From Carcharhinus longimanus (lineage: Eukaryota), in contig JASCQW010000043.1 of assembly GCA_030264375.1 (NCBI GenBank), positions 40,296,284 through 40,360,283 on the forward strand: DNA of 64,000 nucleotides, written 5' to 3'. Positions 14,001-28,684 of this stretch are shown in pieces (the stretch's first letter is position 1; every line of letters begins with the position of its first letter). The notes under the pieces were generated by a model, which did not search any database, was not told the origin of the DNA, and saw nothing but the letters and a program-made list of their open reading frames with translations. The translations under genes and the position numbers were made by a program.

Positions 14001-16176
14001 ATCATTTTTTTAATGGTGGTGAGCATTCTCTCCTCATAGCTGGGCGATATAAGTGCAGCTCCAAACAATTAATAACTCAATCTTCCTACCAAATTTTAGT
14101 CAATTATTTTTTGAATGAATCATTGGGAAGAGGTTTCCACAACAGCATTTTTGGGGATGACCTAAATATTTGTAGATCTATTGTAAAATTACCACACAGA
14201 ATTCTTTTGTTTCATAAAAACCTTATAAGCTAACCTCTTACATTTCTAAAGCAACCTGTCTTAAGTTAGCACAAGCGCTAAACAGCTGACATATTAGCTT
14301 TCTGTAGTAACTTGCAAAGACGGCGATTACCAAGTAGATTAATGAATGAAAAGTTATACAGGTAAGTAACTATGTACAAAGAGTGATACAAAGTCTATCA
14401 AACTTCATGACTCCAGACTCCAAGCTGACAAGGAAAGCCTGCGCTTAACCCCAAGATTCGAGTGCTCTGGCCCGATTAGCCACATAGGTCACATGATGCT
14501 CAGAGCTAGCATACTTTCTAATACTGAATAAAGTAGGAAGAAAAGCAGAACTCTTTGGAATGCTACCATATACTATGAAAGACTGTATAGAATTGTCTCC
14601 TAATACAATATCATTTTGAACACACAAGAGTTACGAAGATGACCAACAAGATCCTCGGTTTAATTGAACAATATCTAGGTTCATACCTCGTTAAGATGCC
14701 ACATGGCTGGCACTAACATTATGGCACCAGTCTTAAGCAAGCATGTCACTGGTTTAAGAAGAGAAAATGGGAGAAAATATTTATTATTTGCATAGTGGAA
14801 GTTGCAACTTTTCAAACTCCAAAGTGCCTGTTTTTGTAAAATTTTCAGCCTATTTAAGTTGCAGTGCCAAATAGTTCCTACGTCTGAGTTGCCCATACGG
14901 AATATCTTTTAATATTTCTGTAGGCCTGTTGACAAAGTGTATGACTAGCATTATAGAAACTAATGGAAATGAAAAACAGGTCATTTCTGTAATGGACAGC
15001 CAAACCACAATGAGAACATAAGCCTGGTGCAAGTTTTAGAAATGATAAAAGATACTCCAGCTAGCCACGTTAGATGTAAGAATTATTTAATGTAATAAGA
15101 ACAGGCATTTTGAAAAGTTTAGGAAGTTTGAAATGTTACCTGACCTCACCTCCTTAAACTAGCGACATGTGCTTATGGCTGGTTCCTACAGTTGGTGCCA
15201 GAACTGTGGCCTCTTGACCAAGTATGAGCCTAAATTGTGATTGTGGCTAAGCTGTTTGATTAAACCTGAGATCTTGTTGGTTTGAGTAGCTCAATACCAA
15301 AAAAGGCTTTGCTTTGACATTAAATCATCAGGATACTCTGTAGATATAATAGAACTGACACCATTAATATAAAAAGTTGTATTCTAATTTGCATAATTGA
15401 ATGCTGCTATAGGATAACCTCTCTGTGCTGAATAAAATGCCAGTCATTTGTACTGACAATCTACCAACAGTAAATAACTCTTTATTAACAGAGTGCATAT
15501 TAACTTGTGTATATAGCATCTAACACCAAAGTTACCGTGACAAGACAAATATTTTTATGATATACTGTAATCAATAAACAGAAAAGCATCCTGCAAGATA
15601 GTTCACACCAAATATCTCCTCTGCATGCACAAATTTTTTTAAACAACTTTAATGCTCTATATAATGCAGATTCATTTCCAGTCATCTGGTGCATCATAGT
15701 CACTTTCAAACAGATTTTAACAATGCATAATATTCTAGTTCTTTCATTGCACTCACTGTTGTGCCATGATTTACCATTGCAAGTTTGTGCTTTGAAATAT
15801 TGATTGAACGTTTTACAAAATTTTTTTTGAGAATTAATTTAATTTCAGCCCTCAGAAATAAGACCCACTTATCGAAGTAATATGATTCATCATGGGAACA
15901 TTAACATTGCAGTTTAAGAGAGCGGTTACATGTTCAAGACCTGTGGCTTACGAGTCAGTTAACTTTTGCTTAAGTTTAATTTCTAGCAAGCTGTTAATTG
16001 AAAAAATGCTTAGTAACCAGTGTTCTACCTCACAAAAGAGGAAAAAGGTTCTGGTAGTTACTTCTCTGTGCCAAATATAATAGTTTCTTTATCCAGTCAG
16101 CCCTACTGTCTAATCTACAAATAGCAATTGTTTTCTTCAGGTAATACCATTGCTATCTTTCCCTTTTTCTTACACT

Positions 16177-16382
16177 GGGTGAGATCTCTGGCCTCCCCTC
16201 AGCATTTCTCTCAGTGGGAGGAGGTGATGCACCCATTTGCTGGTGGCGGAATCTTTTGGTCCCGCCACTATCAATGGAAATTTCCATTGAAGCCACCCCA
16301 TGCCACCAGGAAACCCACAGCAGAGGGTGCACTGCCAGCAGGACCAGAGAATCCCACCAGCACTCGCCAGAGAATTCCAGCA
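16177..16382. mobile_element. MITE with ACT target-site duplication
   Basis: Same body as 8294-8487, with ACT on both flanks. Confidence 0.65.
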
Positions 16383-16389
16383 ACTATTT

Positions 16390-17900
16390 TTAACATGACA
16401 AAAATCCCCAGGAGCTTTCTGGAAGGTGGAGGAAATTAAATAAAATAGATGAAAAGTAGGAAGAAGTGGAGCCAAGATTGAAGAGGTGAGTAAAGTGACT
16501 GAAAATTTGGTTAAAAAGGTGAGCTTTTAAAATGTTTGTAAAATAGAGAAGGTAGTGAAGAGTTAGTGATTTAAAGATGGAAATTTGGAAAATAAGGTCA
16601 AGATGAGATGGGGTCAGAGAGAGAAAGAACATACAAAAGCTCAATCAAAGTAAAGTAAAATCAAAGTAGGAGGGGATATAAAGCTGGAGAATATTTCAGA
16701 GACAGGTCAAGATATGACAGTGGAGAGACTTGAAGACAAGTGAAAGGATTTTAAATTCAATGCAATGAAGGTCGGGGAACTGATGTAAGTCTGTAAGGCA
16801 GATTGCTGTTCATGCAGGATTTATGGCAGAGGAGGATATTGGGCAGCTGAATTTTGAACATTGAAGTTTACAGAACATTGAGAGAATGGAGAGGAAAATA
16901 TTCCACGAGTTAGGAGGTGACAAGTTTGAATAAGGATTAAGCAACTGTGGACTGAGATAGGGATGAGGTGCATAATATTGCATTATTGAAGTAAAGTAGG
17001 TTGAAAAAATGTGGGATCCTGTCTCAAGTGGGATGCTGTGGGTTTGGCCTAATCAAGCTGCCAAAAGGCGGAAGTGGAGTCAGTGATAAAAGAAAAGACA
17101 TGGTAAGTACCAAAAGCAATTACAATGATATTTACAAGTTTATTTGGAGAAAATGTTGCCCTGCTGTCAGATTGTCAGTTGAATAGCACGGAGGAAGCCA
17201 GGATTGAGGGAAGTTGTGATGAGCTACAGCTGAACTGACCTCCTGCCTGCAACCATTGTTACCAAGAGCAGCATGTAAACAAGGAAGGAGAAGAGACCAA
17301 GGATAATTATTTGCAGGTATATGCAACTGATACTGAGGGGCGAAATAAGAAGCCATTTCTTTGGCTGACCTACTTGCTACCAGCCACACTGGCTGGAATT
17401 TTACTGCCCCGCCCACCAAGGGAATCGGAACAGGCAAGAGGACAATAAGAAGCTCTGTTGACCTCGGGTGGGATTTTATAGTTTTGGGACGAGTAAGGCC
17501 ATAAAATCCTATCCACTGGAATGGAACTACACTGGACAGTGCAACAAAGTTGGACTATGGAAGAAAGAAAAGAGAAGCATGATATAGTCAAATAATAGAG
17601 AGATGCAGGAGGGCAAGGAAAGAAAATGCATCACAGTCACAAATAATGCCAACTGGTGAATTTGATTTGCAGTCAGCAGGGCAGAAACAAAACTGAAGGG
17701 ATCGAATATGAGTTTTGAGATGGTGCCAACAATTTGCAGGAAACTATACATTTGAGGATTGTACAGTAGAAAGGAAGATTAGGGATGCAATGATGTTGAA
17801 GAGATTGAATGGGTCTGGGTGGGCTTTGTGAGAATTGGCACTTTGAATAGTAATAGAACAGTTCCTGAGTACACAGAGTCATTAACAATGTCAACAAGAT
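16390..17900 (-). mobile_element. Decayed L2-like LINE with a nested MITE at 17391-17514
   Basis: The minus-strand translation ends FTNILKAHLFNQIF, resembling the L2 terminal LKTHLF motif. The + strand is purine-rich. The nested MITE has an ACT TSD. Confidence 0.5.
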
Positions 17901-17943
17901 GGGGAGCCAAAATGGATAATTTAATTCTTTAGTTTTGAGTATT

Positions 17944-17965
17944 TGGGGGGGGGGGGGGGGGGGGG
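17944..17965 (+). repeat. Poly-G tract
   Basis: About 22 consecutive G. Confidence 0.9.
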
Positions 17966-20149
17966 TGGAAAAAAATGTTTAGGTGGGCACAGAGACTGTG
18001 ATAGCCTTGAACAGCTATCTTCCTGGCAGTAAAATGACATGTAATGCATGCCAAATTATGGTAAGGATATCAAGGTAAAAGAAAGGAAAAACTACCTTTA
18101 AGTGTCATCAATTATTCTACAATATGAAGAAACTGAAAGTAGGCCACCTCGTACTCAACTTCGGCCATCATTTTAAAAGCTTCTAAGAGCAAACACAACG
18201 GCATGTTCTGACATGTTCTTTTCACAAAATAAGCCCTGTTAATGACAGCAGAGCAGATTGCATACATCTGCTGGGAAAGAGCCTGATGACAGTGGAAATA
18301 TTGTCTTGCCTTTTCTGGCTGAACATATTAATAGATATATGCTCAGCATTTCTATTAAATTTATTTTTTAATCTATTGCTTTATTGTGATTGTTCAAAAA
18401 ACTTAGTTAATGCTACATACAATGCCAATGTTTTATGCCACAAAATTCTGAGCAAATATGCAAATCATTTGCTAATGTTTCACTTCAATTGTGAAATGAA
18501 AATGTATTCATGTTTTAAATATTTAAAAAGTTGTACATTTGGAATATAGTGAGATCTTACAAACATCCCAGAGTTGAAATAGTGTATTAAATGAAACAGT
18601 AGGCAAAATCCAAATTATGAAATACAATTCTGCTTATATAGAATGTTTTTAATTGGTTAAAAATACTGTTCAGGCAACCAGATTCACTACAATTACAAAG
18701 ATAAACAATGAAGAATATGGTTTTGATTTACAAGTGTCTAGCAAAGCTATAAAATTCATATAGAAACCACATTAGCACAGCAATATCCACCTCATTACTT
18801 CTACATGGGTCATATTACTACCACAAGTGTTGCATAACTGAATTATATAATAAATCTATTTGATAAAATCATCCACATAAGTGAACTGTTCTAGGATCAG
18901 AAGAAGTTAAAATTGTTATGGAATTTGATAGAAAATCGGAGCGTTAATCTTTGCGATGATCAAAGATCGCAGACCATTTTGCTTTGAAAAAAATATTTTT
19001 TGGGGGGAAATCTTACCAGTGAAACTTTATTAATAAACACCAAAAGCCAAAACTCCGATACATTTTGACATACTTAGTGCAATAATTTTACTGATGAAAC
19101 TATACATGTCTTGTTAAGACACCATTAAGAGATTGAAAGGACAACAATTTTCAATACACTATTTGAAAATGAAACCTGGCTTTATACTTGTGTCTACAAT
19201 AAGGTGGAAGAGTTACATATTGGAGCAGAATAGAGACATTTTTTAAAATGTTAAACATGGAGTACATTTACATTTAATCATTGTATCATACAGAGGTTAA
19301 TACGCAATGTATTCGCTGATTGTAACATAGATTACAATGTTTAATATAACTTCAAAACAAGGATTGCAAAAGCCTATCTTCCAAACAGTGAGATCTGTGC
19401 GACCACTTCATTGACAACAATAATAATACTAGTGAACGGAGCGCAGAATAAAGTTCTTGTATGACAAAATACATTAGCCACTAGCATTTATGGAAGCCAG
19501 ATAAATTCTGTTGACACTTCTGGATTTATTATGATATTATGAATGTATTACCTCTGTGGTTTGCATAGAAATAAAAATGAAAGCAATGGAGGATAACTGA
19601 TAGAAAACAGCTCAGAATCCAATCTAATTTAATTTATTGTATTTAACTGTAAATCTCTTTTTCAAGTGAAAGGTAATTATGTTTTCATATCATTTTTAAA
19701 TCACCGACAAATGAAATCCCTAAAAAACTCCCTTGTTATTAGTGGCTTCATTCCATCTCACTCACCAAGAGATGTTAATGACCAGAAGCAGTTAGAAGAT
19801 CCAACTTCTTCCAAGATTATTGTGGTTACTACATGGAAAGATCCCCTCTTCATACTGGTATACAGTACGTCTTGACTGACTGATTATAATATAATGAACC
19901 AGGCCTCAGGAGTCGCCACTGACATATCTGTAAAGTACATATTTTAAGTATTTTTAACATACCAATTAAAAAAAAATTGTAGAGCAAATTTCTGAAATTA
20001 GTACCAGCACTTACTACCACCCTTGTATTAAGCAACAAAGCAAAAACAAAAAGAAAATGTCAGTGAATGAAGCTGTTCTAACCTCGATTCACTTGATTCA
20101 GCAACATACCAATAGATGAAACAATTTTCTTGAGCTGCCTTTGTTGATT

Positions 20150-21230
20150 TCTCTGCAGCTTTTAATACTCTACAACCTTTCAAGCTTATTGAGAAATTGA
20201 GAAACGTTGATGTCAATCCTACTCTTTGGATCAATGATTTCCTTTACAACAGGACCCAATGGGTGTCACTATTCGGAGCCCATGTTAATGAATACTAGCT
20301 CTCTTCAGGGCTGTGTACTTTCACCTTTACTTTTTGTCCTTTATTTGAATGATTATCAATCAGAGTACAATGACATAACAATCCTGAAGTATGCAGATAA
20401 TACGGTAGGTACTTATGGGTTTCGTAAGGAATAACAAAGGAAACTGTAGGAACTCAGTGGGGAAGTCTGTAAATGGTGCGATAATAATTCTCTTAAAACA
20501 AAAGAAAACAAAAAAATTAGTTATAGACTTTAGGAAAAGACCATTTAATGAAATTATTCCCATAAAGGTCAATGATATGAACACTGAAATAGTTACAATC
20601 TACAAGTGTTTACGTAGCAAATTAGGTGATAAATTGAATTGGAGAGGATAATGTACAGATGTGAGGACCAAGATCATACACAATTATACTTCATCAGAAA
20701 ATTAAAATCCTTTTGAATGGATTCCACAATCATGAAACTCTTTTATGTGGCTGTAGTTCAGAGTTCTATATCCTCATGCAGTTGTCTTAGGAAAGTAGAC
20801 TCTTCATGGGTACAAAGATTATGGAACAGGCAGGAAGAGTATTTGATGAACAGATCTTTCTGAATGAAATCTGCTCTCAAAGAATTTTGACGAATGGAAA
20901 TAATGTCATGAACAATGAAAATGACTGCTTGCCTCAGTGTTACTATTGGATACATTCAGGGAAATGGCTACAATCCCTCAGATGCAGGACAATTTGGTTA
21001 CTGAACTCGTTTGTACCATTCCCTCTAAGAACTTTCAGAAGAGGTTTGATGTATGGATGAGGATGTGCATTTATGTTGTGGCTCACTGACTTATTTTAAT
21101 GCATTGGTATAGTTTTTAAATATATATTTTAATTAAAGGGAGGGTTTTATTTTTATTGTTAATTTATATGTAATTTTTTAACAAATGAGAATGAACATTA
21201 AATGAATTTTTGTATGGACAATAAAGTGAA
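20150..21230 (+). mobile_element. Pseudogenised Rex1/Babar-like non-LTR retrotransposon 3' part
   Basis: LQGCVLSPLLFVLYLND...ILKYADNTV, KTKKLVIDFRK, LGDKLNW and NSFVP motifs across frameshifts. Ends GACAATAAAG at a gap. Confidence 0.75.
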
Positions 21231-22157
21231 NNNNNNNNNNATTGAAAGATAAACTGCAAAGGGCCAAGCTTATTTGTTTTAAACTTCTTCAACAATATAA
21301 TCTGAAGCTGTTGATAGCCTCTTCTAAATTTGAGTTATTCTTCCCTAATCCTTTAATAAGATCTGTTCTTGTGCTTGCTTCATTATGTCTAACACCAGGA
21401 CCTCGCTTCACCTGCGGATGTTCAGGATACAGATGCTACTCAGCACAATAGTAAATGAGCTGTCCATCCCCAAAGCTACTCCAAAAACCCATCTAAAGGG
21501 CAGAATTTAATATATTTTCCATTGGTGAGTTTGGTAGTGGGTGGGGTGGGGGGAGGGCGCTGTCTGGGCTTTTGGATGGTCTTTCCACCCCCCCACCCCC
21601 ACCCCATCACCAATCAAAGTCCTCAAATGGGCAATTAGCCCAGTGGCAGGCAAGGGACATGCCATGCCAAGAGCCTGAAAAGTAAATCCTGGCACGTTTG
21701 CTTGTGTTTGCATGCCTTCAAGAGGTTGGGGGCGGGGAGCAGGGGTGGGCTCTGTTCTAGAGCAGCACTCAGTGCCTGATCAAGGAACCAAGGTTGCAGA
21801 TCGTGGACCTACTGAGTGCCACTCCCCTGCTTCGCTGTGCTCCCCCCTCCTGCCATCACTCACCTGTGGCCTCAGTGCTAGGCCTCAGATGCCTTAACTG
21901 GAACAGCCACCAGCTCACTGGTTGCAGTGCTGATCAATAAAGCGCTGCAAACCCTTGGTTGGACAGCAGCTGTCTTTCCTGATTGCAGGAATGTCCCACT
22001 ATTGTCCAGTTAAATGCCTGCTTAGCATTTATTCCAGCAGGCCTTCTCAAGAAGTGGCAAGATGGGACTCACGCTGTCTCACAAGACCACCCCTCCCCCA
22101 AGAGTCTCCATTCAGTACTGTCCAATATGTCCATAGTTCTTATGGGAGCTAATTGAA

Positions 22158-22437
22158 AGTAGCCAATGTGTTAACACTGCTGCGTCATAGGGCGAGGGAC
22201 CCAGATTCAATTCCTGGCTTGGGTCGCTGTCTGTACAGAGTATGCACATTCTCCCCATATCAGGGTTTCCTCAAGTGCTCCTGTTTCCTCCCACAATCTG
22301 AAAGTGCTGATCAGGTACATTGGCTATGCTAAATTCTCCCTCTGTCTATCCAAACAGGGTTTGGCGACTAGGGGATTTTCACAGTAACTTCAGTGCAGTG
22401 TTAATGTAAGCCCACTTGTGACACTAATGAAATAAAA
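22158..22437 (+). mobile_element. tRNA-derived SINE, HE1-like head with alternative tail
   Basis: Tail GGCGACTAGGGGATTTTCACAGTAACTTCA...GTGACACTAAT, shared with 59680-59982. Confidence 0.8.
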
Positions 22438-25342
22438 AGAACTTCCATCCTTTTTCATCACATAGAGAGTTAAGGCCTCCACCAAAAGTGCTAAAACTTG
22501 TTTCAATAAACTTCTCTCATTTATTTCCATCTGACAAAGTACAATGAGGGATTTTGTTGACTGGCAGTTCAGTTTGGTGTTTGACTTTAAATATATTCAC
22601 AAAGAATTTATTCATACCAAGTTCTAAATAAACAGATTCAGGAGCTGGAATGTCTTTCTGTAATATAACAGATGCTACAAAACATTACCATGCAGTGTTA
22701 TTAAACTAGTCCATAAGCATATCTTTGACTTGCTTTGAAAAGTTGCTACAAAAGTTGACAAAAATCTTAAAACCTAGAATGTGTTGTACTAATAAGCAGC
22801 TTTTTAGAGTAACTCTTTCAAAGCACGTGAAACATTTATTTGTAGAATATTTTATTTTTTGCAACAGTGTTACCAAAGTAATGTACTTGCCTTACAAATC
22901 TATTTGTTTGAAATATAGGGTGATTATATGCTTTTGTGAACATACATGACCAAACAAAAGTGACGAACCAATGATATTTTTAAGATCAAAATGGCTGTTG
23001 AAGCTTTATCTCATCTGTTACACTATTCTGTTAATTGAAGATAAATTGCTTTCAATTTCCCAAAGGGTTAATCTCTTGATACAGCTCCATCATTACATAT
23101 GACAGTAAATATATTCATTAGTGTTGAAAGTCAATCTTGCAAAGAGCCACAGCTTTGCAAGATCACCTCAATCATAACGGTTTTAAAGCTGAATTAAATT
23201 CAAACTCTGATAAATGCTCTAATATAGATTATCATGGCTTAAACCATTGACCCTAAGAAACCAAAGATCCTTGTAGCATTCAAAAGCATCAATTGCCCAA
23301 GTGCATCAGAGAAATGCATGTGCCTGGAGGATTGGTTGAAGGTCAACTGTGGGTTTACAGTGTAACCCATACATAAAATGTGATTACCAGAATCTGTAAA
23401 TGTATCACATATGTAAACTGCACATACAATACTGTCATATTGTCTGTAGTGACAATTAAATGGGGATAATTCATGGTTTGACTTCATCTGAATCTGGTTT
23501 AATAGAGTTAAGCTTCACTCATGTTGGACGTTTTGCCGCAAGAAAAAATTTGGTCACTACTTGGTAACCAAATGGATAGGAAATAGCAATGTTGCAGTTT
23601 GGATATAGTTCAGATTCAAGACGAAGGTCATGTGCTCATCACTAATTTAAATGAAAAATGAAAAAAATGATATTTTGTTTGAATGAGAGATTGACGGAAA
23701 ACATTTCTTACTGAATGATATGTGTATGACAAGCACAACGGTTAATGTTTGTCCTAGAAATCTCCTTTTACCCCGATAAAAAGTCCTATTTTTCAAAATT
23801 AAATACATTATTTTTCAATGTGAAGTTTATTTTAAGTGGTGAAATGGAAGCACTTAGCAGGTTAGGAAATATCTCTGGTGAGAACTAAGGTTAACAGGTG
23901 GGTTTTTCATCCTATAGGAGGGTAATGAGAGTTAGGAAATTTCCTAGCTTGGCTTGCTCACCTCAGGAGAAAGTGCCAGCAAAGTTGGGATTTTCACTGC
24001 GGGGTTGGGATAAGGATGGTACTAACTGGAATCGGGCTCGTCATCATCAAAAGGAGTTCAGAGGCAGCCACAGGAGCTGACAAGTTGTTGCGTGTCAAGG
24101 CAAGCTACTGAAAAGATCCACCTGAATGCTCTGGGACTTTGTTATGCTATCATCACCATAGCTGGAACAAAGAATAGCTCTCTAGTCCTCACCCCTCAAG
24201 TGCCCTCACCCCAACACACTCCCCATGCCCCATCCATGCCAACTCTTGCCACGTGTTCCACACTCATCCCGATGGCATCTTTATCTTGTGTTGATAGGCA
24301 CTGAGCAATTGACAGAATTGATCACAGAACAACAGCAGTCAAACAAGCAGTGTTTCCCCTGGGGTACAGCTCTTTCAACAATCTAATGGACGTCTGCATT
24401 CTCAGCGAGGAACGCATAACAAGATTTAGCTCAAACCTATATACACATTTTAAAAAGTAGCTAATATTTCACTCATGACTTTTTAGGTAAAATCTTTTTT
24501 TGATCTACTGTGCCCAATTTATCTATTCTAATTGAAAGTCCTCTTTAAAAACCAGTAAAATTGCAAGTATGCTTTAAAAATGTAATCAGGTATTACAAAT
24601 TCAATAGAAAAGTATATGACATACCCTTTTGTCAATGATATACACACTGTGAACTTTTCAAAAATTTTTAATGTAAGTGTATGCTGAATAAAAGTGTCCT
24701 GCACACAAAGTTACTGTACAATGCTTCACAAAATTGAGGCTTCAGATAAACTATGATCTAAAACTTGGACCATTTGTAATAATTTGAATAAAATATTGCC
24801 AGTCTATGTAATTTATACAAAGTTAACTACTTTTAAAAACCAGTGATGCTGACAGAAATGGTTTAACTCTGTGATTAAATAACCCTGATATAAGGAAATA
24901 CACACAAGATTTGTGACCTAGACAAACAGCATGGTACAATGTCATGTGCCTTAAAATTATATTGCACAAATATAACTTTTTATTTTGTTATCTGGATAAT
25001 TACAATATTTTGTGTGTTTTATGTATTTTAGTAATGATTATGTATAACCAACTAGAAAGATGAATGCATTTCATTCAATAGGGAATCAGTTCTAAAAATC
25101 AATTAGTTTGTGTTAATTGGCTACTTGATCTACTAACCTAAATACATGTGCAATATCCATGCTTTCTGCGTAATACTAACATGGCAGTAGAAATTTTGCT
25201 TACTGTGCAAAATAAAAGAATAGTTAAAAAGTAGTAACAAGAGCAACTTATTGACGTTTAATTCAGAACAGCCAAACAGTGAGAAGCTGCAGGCTAAAAG
25301 ATTTCATGTTGAACTAAATGCACAGGATCATAGTTCAGATAA

Positions 25343-25780
25343 GAGGTCTTGTGGCACAGTGGGTAGCGTCCCTGCCTTTTGAGCCAGAAGCTCTGGATTC
25401 AAGCCCCATTCCAGGACTTGATGGCCAAGGAAAGAACATTCATAATGCAGCCAGACCTGTTTCGTATCAAACTTACAAAAGCCAATGGCAGGTGATAGGA
25501 ATGGGAGAAATGTGATGGAAAGTTATTGAAGCCTGACCATTACTATCCATAGCTCCACGCTACAACATGGAAGCAAAAGTGCCTGTTGCCTCAACAACAT
25601 GGACTCCTTGAGGGCCAGCTGGCTAAATAGACCGTGTGGATCAGGTTGGTGCTAACAGTACATGATTCAATCCCCATTCCAGCTGGAGTGGGTTCAGAAT
25701 CTGCTCCTTGCCCTAGCCATGGTAAATATTAGGGCAATATGGATCGAACCTGCCTTTGAGTAGAGGATGCAAGAAGATGA
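25343..25780 (+). mobile_element. One or two older tRNA-derived SINEs
   Basis: A box TGGCACAGTGG and B-box-like GATTCAAGCC. A second head-like segment starts near 25612. Confidence 0.5.
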
Positions 25781-25899
25781 TCATTATACAAGCAACTTAA
25801 GTAGCTAATAGGGAAACCACTTAAAATAACACACAAAAATACTGCAGTTGCTAGAAATTTGAAATAAAAACAAAAACATTTGCCATTCAGGCAAAATTT

Positions 25900-26635
25900 T
25901 TCTTTATTCTTTCATGGGATGTGGGTCTCACTGGCAAGGCCAGCATTTGTTGCCCATCCTTAACTGCCCTTGAACTGAGGGGCTTGCTATGCCACTTCAG
26001 AGGACAGTTAAGAGTCAACCATATTACTGTTGGTCTTGAGTCACATGTAGGTCAGACCAGATAAAGATGGCAGATATCCTTCCCTGAAGGACATTAATGA
26101 ATCAGATGGGTTTTTACAACAGTCAGTGGTAGTTTCATCATCACCTTACTAAGACTAGCTTCATACTCCAGGTTATTACTTATATATTGTGCAGTTTGGG
26201 ACAGCTGTTAATTTTAGATAACTTATTTTTGCTCTGTGTGCAATTTGTACATCAATATTATGTCACCATTTTAGGTAAGAGAATTGAATATAACAGGTTT
26301 GTCATTACAACATATTTATTCACTATTGTCACCATATTCTAGTTGCCTTGACAAGATGATGGTGGGCCTTCTTAAGTAATATTATTAGTGGGTCATTTGA
26401 GAGTCAACTGCCAGAGGCATGTGTAAACCGAAACCAGGTAGTGGTGGTTAATTCCCTTCTTGTTAGTAAATCAGCTGGATTTTTATGACAAACCAGCTGT
26501 TTTCAATGGTCACTTTTTTTCCTCTTTTTGGTGCAATACCAGATTTACCTAATTCAATTTCACACATGCCATGTGGGATTCCAACTCACAACTTTTATGT
26601 TAGTCTGGTACCTTAGCCACTATATCACTGTATCC
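25900..26635 (-). mobile_element. Two copies of a conserved-core SINE (possibly MetaSINE-like)
   Basis: Minus strand AAAAACCCATCTGATTCATTAATGTCCTTCAGGGAAGGA...GGTCTGACCTACATGTGACTC core with a CR1-like tail. A further copy lies at 50130-50420. The superfamily label is from memory. Confidence 0.6.
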
Positions 26636-28362
26636 GGTATATAATTACATACATCATTAATGGAAGGCAGCATGATGATACATCAAAATGAAGCTTCAGT
26701 TTACACAAGAGGAAATCTCAATCTCTCTAGGTTGGACTCTTCCATGAGGAGAGAAGGAGGAATAATCAGAAATAAAACTGTCCAACACCATTCCCTCATA
26801 CTTTGCAGTCAGTTTAAGAGCAGAATTGGCAGAGGCTTATGGCCATGTCACATGCTTGATCTCTTGACCATAAATGGAAAAGACCTTTGAAGAAGGAAAG
26901 CAACTGACCAAAAATAAGGGAGAGGAAATGCATAGAAAGACACTTGTATAAACTATCCCATAGCATTCAGTAACTGGTCAACAGTCAAATAGTAAACTAA
27001 TCTATTTAAACAATTAGCATTAATCGTGGAAGAGACTAAAGAGAAGCAGCATTATCCTCCTGCTGAAGTTTGAATTGTGTATGGAATATATTATGTTTAT
27101 TGTTAAAAACTTAATATAATTGTAGTAGTGAAAGAGACAAGGAAGGCATTTTGCTTCTGAAAAGTTAGTTAACTGGCATATTTTCATGTGCAATAATAGC
27201 CAAGAAAAACAAATCATAAGGCTTAGCTCACCAACCATTTGATATATTCAACACAGCCAAAGTCAGCTTTTGTAATCTCAGGCTCGGTGGGTCTAAGATA
27301 GTGAAATTGGCCATTGTAGGAACGAGCCAAAACCAAATAAAAAGATTTTCTTTAAAAAACACCGAAGACAAATTTTAACTTGGAACTAAGTTAGTACTTA
27401 TACAATTGATTTTGATACCTGTTTTAGTAATTTCAGGAGTTGCTAGCTGTTCAATGGCTTTGTGTCAATTAGGCATTAGTCAAATTGGATAGTGGAACTG
27501 AAGACAATTTACCTTGCTCCTAACAGGCTATATCATATTAGTAAATTGAGATTAGGGGTGAGATTTTAACCCATTCAAAATCCATCACTTACTAGTTAAA
27601 AATCAGGCCCTCTTAGGATTTTAACTTTTGATATAATGGGAAGGGCGCAATTCAATAAAGCAATAGTGTGTTTCAAAACTGTTACAAAACTATTTTAGGA
27701 ATATGGTGTACAATGGATTCTTTGCTTACAGTGTACTGAAGTGAGTACTTCAAAATTGTGCTCTTCTACACTTTACACAGTAAGTCGAATGCACTGCCTG
27801 ACTATATGGTGGAGGCAGATTCAAATGTGGTTTTCAAAAGTGAATTGGGTAAACACCTGAAGAAAACAAGATGCAAAGCCATAAGGAAAGGGCAGAAACA
27901 TGGTGCTACCTGAGTTGCCGGGAACTGACACCAACACAATAGGCCAAATGGCCTCCTTCTCTATTCTGCGATTCTCACACATGGCACTGCATTCCTGCAT
28001 GGGGATTTATCATATAATATCAATAATCAGAACATGCCTAAAAATCTAATACATGAAAAATAACTATGTGACGATGAGGTCTGAAAATATATTGCAAGAT
28101 AGAAAATCTGTATTCTTTGAATTTGGCATTACTATCATTGATGAGCGGCTGTGCAGTGGTGGAGCATGTGCTGTGCTGAGAACAAATCAGTCATGCACAT
28201 GAAACATTCCCTTTAAGAAACATGCTTATGCTTTAAATCTTAAAGGGACCAAACAATGCAACAAACTGGCCACACACTGTAAAACAAAGTCAGAGGGAAT
28301 ATTCACTACTAAACTAGTCAAAATGCTCATCAGTACAAAAAAACAATTGATCATACACATAT

Positions 28363-28684
28363 GCGGCAGGGTGGCATAGCAGCACCTGCTGCCTCATGGT
28401 GCCAGGGACCTGAGTTCAATTCCCACCTTGGTTCACTTTCTGTGTGGAGTTTGCACATTCTCCCCGTGTCTGCGTGGGTTTCCTCTGGGTGATCCAGTTT
28501 CTTCCCATATTCCAATGATGTGCAGGTTAGATGAATTGGCCATGCCAAATTGCCCCTTAGTGTCAGGGGAGCTAGCTAGGGTAAATGCATGAGGTTAACG
28601 GGAATGGGGCCTGGGTGGGACTGTGGTCGGTGAGACTCGATAGGCCAAATGGCCACCTCCTGCACTGTAGGATTCTATGACTCT
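28363..28684 (+). mobile_element. Near full-length HE1-type SINE
   Basis: tRNA-like head, GTGTGGAGTTTGCACATTCTCCCCGTGTCTGCGTGGG body and ATTCTATGA tail. Confidence 0.85.
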
